Positions 18,789-27,619 of a DNA stretch of 64,000 nt are shown one piece after another. Source of the DNA: an uncultured Candidatus Rokubacteria bacterium (GTDB taxonomy: Bacteria; Methylomirabilota; Methylomirabilia; Rokubacteriales; DASRDR01); assembly GCA_963708025.1 (NCBI GenBank), contig CAVPSB010000018.1, forward strand, positions 320,001 to 384,000, given 5' to 3'. The position numbers and the translations under genes are program-made. The number at the start of each line of letters is the position of its first letter. Within the stretch, counting starts at the first letter, position 1. The notes beneath the pieces are model-generated. The model was given only the letters and a program-made list of their open reading frames with translations. It ran no database searches and was not told where the DNA came from.

Positions 18789-21470
18789 GTCTTCGGGCTG
18801 TTCCTGGGGCTCGTCGCGCTCTACACGTGGCCGCTGGCGCGGGACCCGGCCCACCTGTGGGCGGACAACCACGACCCGCGCCTCTTCACCTGGGTCATGT
18901 TGACGATCGTCCGGAACCTCGTCACGCAGCCGGCGCTCCTGCTCCACGGCAACGCCTTCTACCCGGTCGGGAACAGCCTGACGTTTTCCGAGCCCTTGCT
19001 GACGCCGGCCCTGCTGGTAGCCCCGCTCTACACGCTGAGCGGGAACCCCGTGCTCGCCCACAACCTGGGCCTGCTCCTCCTGTGGGCGCTCTCGGGGTGG
19101 GCGACGTACCTGGTGGCCTTCCGGCTCACCGGCCGGCACGCGGCGGCATTCGTGGCGGCGGTGATCTTCACGCTGGCGCCGTACCGCACGGAGCTCTTCC
19201 TCTCGTTCCAGATGGAGATGGCCTTCGGCATCCCGCTCTGCGTCTACGGGCTGGTGCGGTGGCTCGAGACCCAGCGCGCGCGGGAGCTTGGCCTGTTCCT
19301 CCTGGTGTTCTGGCTCCAGGCGGTCGCGGTCTGGTACTACGCGGTGATCGTCGGGCTGGGCTTGCTGGTGGTGGCCCTGGGGTACGTGGCGCTGCGCTGG
19401 GCCGGGTGGCGGCGGCGGGCGCTGGGGCAGGCGGCGGTGGGTGGCCTGGCGCTGGTGGTGGCGCTGGCGCCGGTGGCCTGGCCGTTCTTCGTGACCCGGC
19501 GGGAGCTGGGCTTCGAGCGGGGGCTCGGCGAGGTCAGCGAGCGCGCGGCCGACGTCCTCACCTACCTCGAAGTGCGGCCGAACTGGCTGTACCGGGCGAC
19601 CGGCCCGGGTCACGTCTCCGAGACGTCGCTCTTTCTCGGCGGTGTCGCGCTGGTCCTGGCGCTCCTGGGCCTGGGCTGGCTCCGCCAGGGCCTGCCGGGC
19701 CGCGGCGCGGCGGAGCGGTGGCTGGGGCGCACGGCGCTGGCGGCGCTCGTGCTGGCGGCGCTGGCGCTCGGGACGCTGGGCCGGCTGCGCGTGGGGCCGG
19801 TGCGGGTCGCGCTGCCGTTCACCGCGCTGGCGGTGCTGGCGCTGGGCCTGGCGCTGGCGGGGGCCGCGGTCGAGGGCTGGCGGCGCCGGCGCGCAGGCGT
19901 GACGGGGCGCGGGCTGGGGGAGCGGGAGTGGGTGATCCTGCTCCTCGGGCTGGCCGGCTTCGCGTTCCTGCTCTCGCTCGGTCCCGACGTGACCGTGGCC
20001 GGCCGCTCGCTCGGCACGGGCCTCTACGCCTGGCTCTACCCGTACCTCTTCCCGCTCCGTGCCATCCGGGCGTCCACGCGGATCGGCATCCTCGTCGTCC
20101 TCGCCGTCGCCCTGCTGGCGGGGCTGGGCGTGAAGTGGCTGGGCGAGCGCCTGCCGGCGCGGGCGCGGGCACCGGTGCTCGGCGTGCTCACGCTCCTGCT
20201 CCTCCTCGAGTACGCGACGTTCCCGCTGGCCTACGGACAGGTCGCGCCGGGGCTCCGGCCGGTGGACGAGGCGCTCCGGCGGGAGGGCGGCGAGGGCGTG
20301 GTGCTCGAGTGGCCGGTCAATCTCCCGGACGCGGACGCCGAGGCCATGTTCCACTCGGTCGGCCACGGGCGGCGCATCGTCAACGGCTACGGGGGCTTCA
20401 TCCCGGACCTTCTCCCGGAGCTGTCGGGCCTGATGTCAAGGGCCGGGCCGCCGTTCCCCGTGCCCGCCGCCCAGGCGGCCCTGCGCCGGATCTACCCCTT
20501 GCGCTGGCTGGTGATCCGGCCCACCGACCGGAGGCTCGAGGAGTCATGGCGTCCGGTCTGGCTGGCGCTCCGAGGCGACGCGCCGCCGCTCCTCCGCTTC
20601 CGGGGCACGTTCGGGAGCGACGACCTGTACGAGATCGTGCCCTTGCCCGAGCGGGGGGTGAGCATGGAGCGCTGGGTGTCCTACGAGTTCCTCCGCGGCC
20701 ACCCGGTCCTGAGAATGTCGGTCCGGCCTCGGAGCCGGCGGGACGACCTCGAGCAGTGGGTCGAGGTCCGGCTCAACGGGAGGCCCGTGAACCGCTTCCG
20801 GCTCGATGCCGAGGCGGTGGCCGCCGCTCGCGACGTCCTGGCCCCGCCGTTCCTCGTCGCCGCCCCGAACGTGATCCGCCTCCAGTACCGGTACGCGCGG
20901 CCGCCGGCCGCGCGGGACGGGCGCTACCGGATCGGGACGACGGGGCAGGTGAGCCCGGGTGACCTGCGGGTGCTGAGCGTGGGGCAGCCGCTGGGCAGCG
21001 CCAGCTCGGTGGAGCTGAACGGGATCGAGCTGTCGCCGAACCGGCGCGGGTACAACCTGGTGGCGCTGGACCCGGAGGGCGGGGTGCGGGGGGCGGTGGG
21101 GTTCGACACGTTCCACGAGGCGGAGGCGGCGGGCCGGCTGGTGGCGTGGGTCGCGGGGCTGCCGGCGGGGACGATCGTGGCGGGGGCGGTGCGGGACGAG
21201 GCCTCGGGGCGGTTGACGGAGGCGGCGGTGCGGGCGCTGGGGACGCTGGGGGTGCGGGGGGACCTGCGGGGGCGGTTCCGGGAGGCGCACGCGTTCGTGG
21301 GGGTGAAGGGGGCGGCGCCGGGGACGGCGCTGGAGGGGCTGGGGCCGCGGCGGATCGAGTTGGAGGTGGGGCGGATCGAGGTGGGGGCGGGGCGGCCGGC
21401 GCCGGCGGTGGGGCTGGAGCTGACGGAGTTCACGCTGGAGCCGGCGGCCGGGGCGGACGGCGCGCGATGA
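18765..21470 (+). CDS. GT-C-like membrane protein with ILEI/FAM3-like domain, copy B
   Basis: ATGA overlap with copy A; MRARGHLAVF start; same motifs as copy A. Confidence 0.75.
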   Translation: MRARGHLAVFGLFLGLVALYTWPLARDPAHLWADNHDPRLFTWVMLTIVRNLVTQPALLLHGNAFYPVGNSLTFSEPLLTPALLVAPLYTLSGNPVLAHNLGLLLLWALSGWATYLVAFRLTGRHAAAFVAAVIFTLAPYRTELFLSFQMEMAFGIPLCVYGLVRWLETQRARELGLFLLVFWLQAVAVWYYAVIVGLGLLVVALGYVALRWAGWRRRALGQAAVGGLALVVALAPVAWPFFVTRRELGFERGLGEVSERAADVLTYLEVRPNWLYRATGPGHVSETSLFLGGVALVLALLGLGWLRQGLPGRGAAERWLGRTALAALVLAALALGTLGRLRVGPVRVALPFTALAVLALGLALAGAAVEGWRRRRAGVTGRGLGEREWVILLLGLAGFAFLLSLGPDVTVAGRSLGTGLYAWLYPYLFPLRAIRASTRIGILVVLAVALLAGLGVKWLGERLPARARAPVLGVLTLLLLLEYATFPLAYGQVAPGLRPVDEALRREGGEGVVLEWPVNLPDADAEAMFHSVGHGRRIVNGYGGFIPDLLPELSGLMSRAGPPFPVPAAQAALRRIYPLRWLVIRPTDRRLEESWRPVWLALRGDAPPLLRFRGTFGSDDLYEIVPLPERGVSMERWVSYEFLRGHPVLRMSVRPRSRRDDLEQWVEVRLNGRPVNRFRLDAEAVAAARDVLAPPFLVAAPNVIRLQYRYARPPAARDGRYRIGTTGQVSPGDLRVLSVGQPLGSASSVELNGIELSPNRRGYNLVALDPEGGVRGAVGFDTFHEAEAAGRLVAWVAGLPAGTIVAGAVRDEASGRLTEAAVRALGTLGVRGDLRGRFREAHAFVGVKGAAPGTALEGLGPRRIELEVGRIEVGAGRPAPAVGLELTEFTLEPAAGADGAR

Positions 21471-21490
21471 GGGCGCGGGGCCACCTGGCG
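21204..21490 (+). repeat. Near-identical direct repeat, copy 2
   Basis: Matches 18502-18788. Confidence 0.9.
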
Positions 21491-21592
21491 CTCGGGCCCC
21501 GGCCGATCGAGCTCCACGTCGGGCGCACCGAGCCGAGCGCGGTGGGACTCGAGCTGACCGGGTTCGTGCTCGAGCCGCCGGCCCCGGAATGA
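21467..21592 (+). pseudogene. 41-codon collapsed paralog (N-terminus fused to extreme C-terminus)
   Basis: MRARGHLA + LGPRPIELHVGRTEPSAVGLELTGFVLEPPAPE*. Confidence 0.8.
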
Positions 21593-21629
21593 GCTCGCGC
21601 CCGATGCCGGCCCGGCGCCCATCCGCGCG

Positions 21630-24290
21630 ATGAGGCCGCGCTCGCAGCTCGCCGTCTTCGCCCTGTTCCTCGGGCTGGTGGCGCTCTACACGTGGCCGCT
21701 GGCACGGGATCCAGCGCACCTCTGGCCCGACAACCACGACCCGCGCCTCTTCACCTGGGTCATGCTGACGATCGCCCGGAACCTCGTCACGCAGCCCGCG
21801 CTCCTGCTCCACGGCAACGCCTTCTACCCGGTCGGGAACAGCCTGACCTTCGCCGAGCCCTTGCTGACCCCGGCCCTGCTGGCCGGGCCGCTCTACGCGC
21901 TGACCGGCAATCCGGTCCTCGCCTACAACCTGACCCTGCTCGCCTTCTGGGCCCTCTCGGGGTGGGCGGCGTACCTGGTGGCCTTCCGGCTCACCGGCCG
22001 GCACGCGGCGGCATTCGTGGCGGCGGCGATCTTCACGCTGGCGCCGTATCGCACGGAGCTCTTCCTCGAGTTCCAGATGGAGATCGCGTTCGGCATCCCG
22101 CTCTGCATCTACGGGCTGGTGCGATGGCTCGAGACCCAGCGCGCGCGGGAGCTCGGCCTGTTCCTCCTGGTGTTCTGGCTCCAGGCGGTCGCGGTCTGGT
22201 ACTACGCGGTGATCGTCGGGCTGGGATTGCTGGTGGTGGCCCTGGGGTACGTGGCGCTGCGCTGGGCCGGGTGGCGGCGGCGGGTGCTGGGGCAGGCGGC
22301 GGCGGGCGGACTGGCGCTGGCGCTGGCGCTGGCGCCGGTGGCCTGGCCGTTCTTCGTGACCCGCCAGGAGCTGGGCTTCGAGCGGGGGCTCGACGAGGTG
22401 GACGAGCGCTCGGCCGAGGTGCTCACCTACCTCGAGGTGCGGCCGAACTGGCTGTACCGGGCGACCGGCCCGGGTCACATCTTCGAGACCTCCCTCTTTC
22501 CGGGCGGCGTCGCGCTCGGGCTGGCCGCGCTCGGCCTCATCTGGATGCGCGAGGGCCGGCGGGACCGCGGGGTGACCGAGCGCTGGCTGGGGCGCGCGGC
22601 CGTGGTGGCGCTGGCGCTGGCGGCGCTGGCGCTCGAGACGCTGGGCCGGCTGCGCGTGGGGCCGGTGCGGGTCGCGCTGCCGTTCACCGCGCTGGCGGTG
22701 CTGGCGCTGGGCCTGGGGCTGGCGGGGGCCGCGGTCGAGGGCTGGCGGCGTCGCCGCGCAGGCGTGACGGGACGCGGTCTGGGCGAGCGGGAGTGGGTGA
22801 TCCTGCTCCTCGGGCTGGCCGGCGTCGCGTTCCTGCTCTCGCTCGGCCCCGACGTCGAGGTGGCCGGCCGCTCGATCGGCTCGGGCCTCTACGCCTGGCT
22901 CTACCCTTACGTGCTCCCGCTGCGGGCCATCCGGGCGTCCACGCGCATCGGCGTCCTCGTCCTCCTCGCCGTCGCCCTGCTGGCGGGGCTGGGCGTGAAG
23001 TGGCTGGGCGAGCGCCTGCCGGCCCGGGCGCGGGTGCCGGTGCTCGGCGCGCTCGCGCTCCTGCTCCTCCTCGAGTGCGCGACGTTCCCGCTGCCCTACG
23101 AGCGGGTGGCGCCGGGGCTCCGGCCGGTGGACGAGGCGCTCCGGCGGGAGAGCGGCGAGGGCGTGGTGCTCGAGTGGCCGACCTACGTCCCCGACGCGGA
23201 CGCCGATGCGATGTTCCGCTCGGTGGGCCACGGGCGGCGGGTCGTGAACGGCTACTCGGGCTTCGTGCCCGGCTTCCTCAACGAGCTGTCCGGCTTGCTG
23301 ACCGAGCCGGGGCCGGTCTTCCCGCCGCCCGAGGCCCACGCGGCCCTGCGCCGGATCTATCCGCTACGCTGGCTGGTGGTCCGGCTCGACGACCCCGGGC
23401 TGGAGGAGCCGTGGCGCCCCGTCTGGCTGGCCCTGCGGCGCGAGGCGCCGCCGATCCTCCGCTTCCGCGGCACGTTCGGAGACGAGGACCTCTACGAGAT
23501 CGTGCCGCTGCCGGAGCGCGGCCAGCGCATCGAGCGGCTCGTCTCGTACGACTTCCTGCGCACCCACCCGGTGCTCCGGCTGAATGCCCGGCCGCTCGCG
23601 GGCGCCGGCGCGATGGAGCAGTGGCTCGAGGTCCGGCTCAACGGCGTGCCCGTCCGGCGGCTCCCGCTGAACGGCGCCGACAGCCCGGTGGTGAGGCTGG
23701 ACGCGCCGCTCACGCGCGCGCTGCCGAACGCGATCACGCTGCACCACGGCTACCGCCGGCTCGCTCCCGCGGGCGATGCGCGCTACGGGATCGGCACGAC
23801 GGGGGCACGGAGTCCGGGCGACCTGCGCGTGCGGAGCGCCGGCCAGCCCTACGGCAGCGTGGCCTCGATCGAGGTCAACGGGACGGAGCGGGCCCCCGGG
23901 GGCCGGGGCTACAACCTGGTGGCGCTCGATGCCACGGGGGAGGTCCGGGCCGCCGCCACGTTCGACACCTTCCTCGAGCCGGCCGCCGCCGGCCGGCTCG
24001 GCGCCTGGGTGGCGGCGCTGCCCCGCGGGACGATCGTCGCGGGCGCCGTCCAGGACGAGGCATCCGGGCGGCTCACCGCGGACGCGGTCCAGGCGCTGTC
24101 CACGCTGGGCGTCGCCGGCGATCTCCGCGGCCGCTTCCGGGAGTCCCACGCCTTCGTCGGGGTGAAGGGCGCGGCGCCGGGTGCGGCGGTGGAAGCGCTG
24201 GGTCCGCGGGCGGTGGAGCTGGTGGTCGGGCAGCCCGAAAGCGGCCTCGGCCTGGAGCTGACCGCGTTCGAGCTGACGGCCGCGCCTTGA
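21630..24290 (+). CDS. GT-C-like membrane protein with ILEI/FAM3-like domain, copy C
   Basis: Same architecture: DNHDPR, RVVNGYSGF, RGYNLVALD, FRESHAFVGVKG. Confidence 0.75.
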   Translation: MRPRSQLAVFALFLGLVALYTWPLARDPAHLWPDNHDPRLFTWVMLTIARNLVTQPALLLHGNAFYPVGNSLTFAEPLLTPALLAGPLYALTGNPVLAYNLTLLAFWALSGWAAYLVAFRLTGRHAAAFVAAAIFTLAPYRTELFLEFQMEIAFGIPLCIYGLVRWLETQRARELGLFLLVFWLQAVAVWYYAVIVGLGLLVVALGYVALRWAGWRRRVLGQAAAGGLALALALAPVAWPFFVTRQELGFERGLDEVDERSAEVLTYLEVRPNWLYRATGPGHIFETSLFPGGVALGLAALGLIWMREGRRDRGVTERWLGRAAVVALALAALALETLGRLRVGPVRVALPFTALAVLALGLGLAGAAVEGWRRRRAGVTGRGLGEREWVILLLGLAGVAFLLSLGPDVEVAGRSIGSGLYAWLYPYVLPLRAIRASTRIGVLVLLAVALLAGLGVKWLGERLPARARVPVLGALALLLLLECATFPLPYERVAPGLRPVDEALRRESGEGVVLEWPTYVPDADADAMFRSVGHGRRVVNGYSGFVPGFLNELSGLLTEPGPVFPPPEAHAALRRIYPLRWLVVRLDDPGLEEPWRPVWLALRREAPPILRFRGTFGDEDLYEIVPLPERGQRIERLVSYDFLRTHPVLRLNARPLAGAGAMEQWLEVRLNGVPVRRLPLNGADSPVVRLDAPLTRALPNAITLHHGYRRLAPAGDARYGIGTTGARSPGDLRVRSAGQPYGSVASIEVNGTERAPGGRGYNLVALDATGEVRAAATFDTFLEPAAAGRLGAWVAALPRGTIVAGAVQDEASGRLTADAVQALSTLGVAGDLRGRFRESHAFVGVKGAAPGAAVEALGPRAVELVVGQPESGLGLELTAFELTAAP

Positions 24291-24301
24291 CGGATCGGCC
24301 G

Positions 24302-25114
24302 TCAGGAGCGGCCGCGGATCCGACGGACGACCGAGCGGAGCATCTGGACGGAGGAGCGCGAGAGCAAGTAGCGGCGGAAGAGTCGCAGCCGGTGCGCCGT
24401 CATCGACTCCAGCGGCGTCCGCTTGTAGAGCGTGCTGTGCGGGCGGCTCGTTTCCTCGGCCGGCCGGACCTCGGTGTAGTAGTAGAGCGCGATGGACTTG
24501 CGGCTCCGGTCGGGCGGGCACGTGAGCGGCCGCGGGTGGCCGTGGTAGGCGAAGTCGGTCGTGCTGAAGAGGACGCAGCGGTTCAACACGGGGGCGATGC
24601 TCCGCACGCACCGCCCGACGTCCCGGCTCCACAGCTCCAGGTTGCCGTTCCAGCTCTCCTCCCAGTCGCGGTTGAGATAGACGAGCAGGTTGACCCGCCG
24701 GTGGTGCCCGGTCGAGGGATGATAGTTGAAGTCGGCGTGCACCTTCAGGAAGCCGCCGGGGATGATCTGGTGGAGACCCCCGCCCTCCAGCTCCTCGTCT
24801 TCCAGGAGATCGGGGATCCCCGTCAGCTCTTCCAGGTACTCGCGCATCGGCTTCGAGTTCAGCTCCTCGATCACGGAGCGAAAGAGCGGGGGCATGACGT
24901 CAAGCCGGGCGCAGGCGAACTTGTGGGAGTGCAGATGCAGGTGATGCTTCCAGACCTCGTGGTTGACCCGGGGGAACCGGGCCTCGAGCGTCGCGGCGAC
25001 CTCCTCCTTGAGGAGGCCGTCGATCACGAGGTGGGGGAACGGATCGGCACTCAGGTACGCGGCGCGGTCCCGCTCGAGCGTCGCCCGCAGCCGCGCGATG
25101 TCCACGTATTCCAT
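24302..25114 (-). CDS. 2OG-Fe(II) oxygenase (prolyl-hydroxylase-like)
   Basis: PFPHLVIDG, GGGLHQ, VHADFN (HxD), RRVNLLVYLN, YHGHP, RKSIALYYY. Confidence 0.9.
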   Translation of the reverse strand: MEYVDIARLRATLERDRAAYLSADPFPHLVIDGLLKEEVAATLEARFPRVNHEVWKHHLHLHSHKFACARLDVMPPLFRSVIEELNSKPMREYLEELTGIPDLLEDEELEGGGLHQIIPGGFLKVHADFNYHPSTGHHRRVNLLVYLNRDWEESWNGNLELWSRDVGRCVRSIAPVLNRCVLFSTTDFAYHGHPRPLTCPPDRSRKSIALYYYTEVRPAEETSRPHSTLYKRTPLESMTAHRLRLFRRYLLSRSSVQMLRSVVRRIRGRS

Positions 25115-25153
25115 CTCGGCTCCTCGACCTCACCACTCTAGCATGACGGGTGG

Positions 25154-27618
25154 TCACCGGGCCCGGATCTCCACGCGGTCGAACCAGAGTCCGGGGCCAC
25201 CCAGGTAGCCGACCGGGAATTCGAGCGTCGCCGGCCCGGTAGCCGGAACTCGAGACTCACCTCGCGGTAGCGGCCGGGAGGGAGTTCCGCCGCATCCACG
25301 GTCCGGGCCGCCAGGAGCCGGCCCTGGGGCTCGGTGACGGCGAGTCGGAGCAGCGGGCCGCTCGCCTGGCCTTCGCTTCGGGCACGGAGCGTGAGGCGGT
25401 AGCGCCCCGCCGGGTACCTCCGGGCCGGCCCGCTCACCAGGTCGGTCTTCAGGCTCTCCGTCGGATGGGCGTATCCGGCCCACCCGCCGGACGCGGCGGG
25501 ATCCTCCCGCTCGCCGAGCTTGTGGGGCAGCTCCTCCACCTCGAAGACCCACTCGGGGTCAGGCCGATCGGCCGCCACGACCGAGACCCAGTCCACCGCG
25601 GCGTCCGCGCTGCCGTCCCAGCGAACGCGGTACTCGAGCGGCGTGGCGTGCTCCAGCGTGAAGTCGAGCTCGACGTCCCCCCACCCGGCGGAGGGCGGCA
25701 ATGCGCGGTTGGCCACGAGGCGCCGGCCCTCGTCGGCGGCCACCTCGAGGGCCAGGCCACTTCCGCGCACCGCGGAAGACCGCGCGCGCCAGGCGCCGGC
25801 GGGGAGCGCACGGTAGGGGCCGAAGGTGAGGAATCCCCGTCGCGTGACGCCGGCGTGGGCGGCGACCAGCCGGCCGCCCGAGGCCTCCGTGTCCGTCTCG
25901 ACCACGCCGGTCTCCTGGGCCAGCGCCTCGGCCTCGAAGAACACGCCGACCGGCGAGGTCGCCGGCGGCACCGCCGCCGGCGGGCGGCCGGTGAGCCGGT
26001 AGAGCCAGAGCGGATCGGCGGCGGCCTCGAGGACGAGGCCCGGGGAGGCCCGGAGTCGGTCGCGGGTGAGCGCCGAGGGGAACGGGCTCACCTCGGGGGG
26101 AAAGAGGGCGCGGTTGAGGAGGACGTGCGTGACCCCGAGGCGCAGGAGGAGCGCGTACTCGGCCGGCCCGAGGTCGCCGACGTTCAGACCCTGGAGCGGC
26201 CGGTAGACCTCGGTGACGTAGCGGCGCGGGACCAGCGGCGAGTAGCCGTTGAGCATCGGCACCCGCGTCCGCGTCACCGTGTAGAGGTACAGCGGAAGAC
26301 CACGCGCTGTCGCCGGCCCACAGCGGGAGGTTCAGGACGAGGCGTCCCTCCGAGCGGGTCGCCCGTAGACCGGCGTCTCCGGGAACCGGGTGAGCGCGAT
26401 CGCGTGCCACGGCACCGCCCCGGCAACGAGCGCGGCGACCAGCGCCGTCCCCGCCGCCAGCGCCGCGCGGGGTGACAGGCGGGACACCAGGGCGTGGACG
26501 CCGAAGCCGGCGAGGACGGCGACGCCGAGGCTGGTCAGGATCCGGAGCTTCTCCGGGTTCCGGATCAGCCCGAAGAGCGGGAGCCACCGGTGGAGCACCT
26601 GGTAGAGCGGGAGTCCGGGAAGCGTGGGGCCGAGGCTCAGGACCAACGCCGGCCAGGAGGATCGCGCCGTAGAGGAGGCCCAACCCACGTCCCCGCGGTC
26701 CAGGGCGGCGAGACCGACCAGCGCGAGGCCCGGCGGCGACGACACCGCCGTAGGTCTCGGGGTACGAGAGGGCCACCAGCCCCCGGGAGAAGAGCCGCAC
26801 CTCGGCGAGGCTCCGGCCCGTCTCGGCGATCGAGCCGACGAGGAACGTCTGGCGCAGCATCAGGAGCCAGCCCGACGCCGGCGGTGGCGAGGAGCGCGAA
26901 GGCCAGGAGGGCCCGACCCGGGCGCGGACGTCGCGGCCGTGGTCAGGCGCGGGCCACTTCACGACGACGTATCCCACGGCGAGGCCCGCCAGCCAGGTAC
27001 GTGTAGTGCGGCTCGAGCGTCGCGAGCGCGAAGAGCGCGCCACCGCCGACGAGGCCGCCCCAGCCGCGTCCGTGCGCCGAGCGCGACGTCGAGCCCCCAC
27101 AGGACGAGCGGGGACCAGGGCGGCCGCGAAGCCGGCCGGCTGGCCGCCGAAGAGCGGCCCGAGCCGCGCCGGGAGCGAGCGCGAAGGTCACCCCGGCCGC
27201 GGCGGCGGCCGAGCGGGTGGCCGGTGTAGTGGTGGACGAGCGCGTACGCCGCGAGCCCGCTCAGCGGGAACGAGAGGAGGACGAGCAGGTTGTAGCTCGA
27301 TGCGGGTCGAGCGCGGCGAGGAGCGTGAACGGGAGCGACAGCGGGAGGAAGGTCTGCGGCAGGTTCCAGCGCGCCCCGTCGAGCCGGAACTGGTAGGGAT
27401 CGTGGAAGAGCGGCGTGGGGCCGAGGACGCTGTCGCGGACGAGCCAGAGCTGGTAGTAGAGCTGGAGTGTGTCGCCGGGCGCGCCGGGTCAGCACCGCCC
27501 GGTCCACGGGCGCCACGGCGGCCAGCGGCAGGCTGTCGCTCCAGTGGAAGCGCGAGCGGCCGGGACACGATGACGCCCGCGACGAGCAGGAAAGCCGTGA
27601 GCCCGAGACGGGCTTCAT
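25154..27618 (-). CDS. GT-C-like membrane protein with C-terminal CBM-like beta-sandwich domains (many frameshifts)
   Basis: Pieces across frames: GDTLQLYYQLWL, LEPHYTY, LSLGPTLP, RNPEK, RVPMLNGYSP, FFEAE...ASGG, TFGPY, WFDRVEI. Confidence 0.65.
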
Positions 27619-27619
27619 G

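Noticed and set aside
16063-24290. Diversity-generating retroelement (template/variable repeat pair)
   Set aside because: No reverse transcriptase in the window, and differences between repeats are not adenine-specific
15235-25141. Very long alternative-frame and antisense ORFs (15235..18588, 20544..23339, 21692..25141 and similar)
   Set aside because: Shadow ORFs expected at this GC content; Arg/Gly/Pro-rich, no motifs, and they overlap well-supported genes
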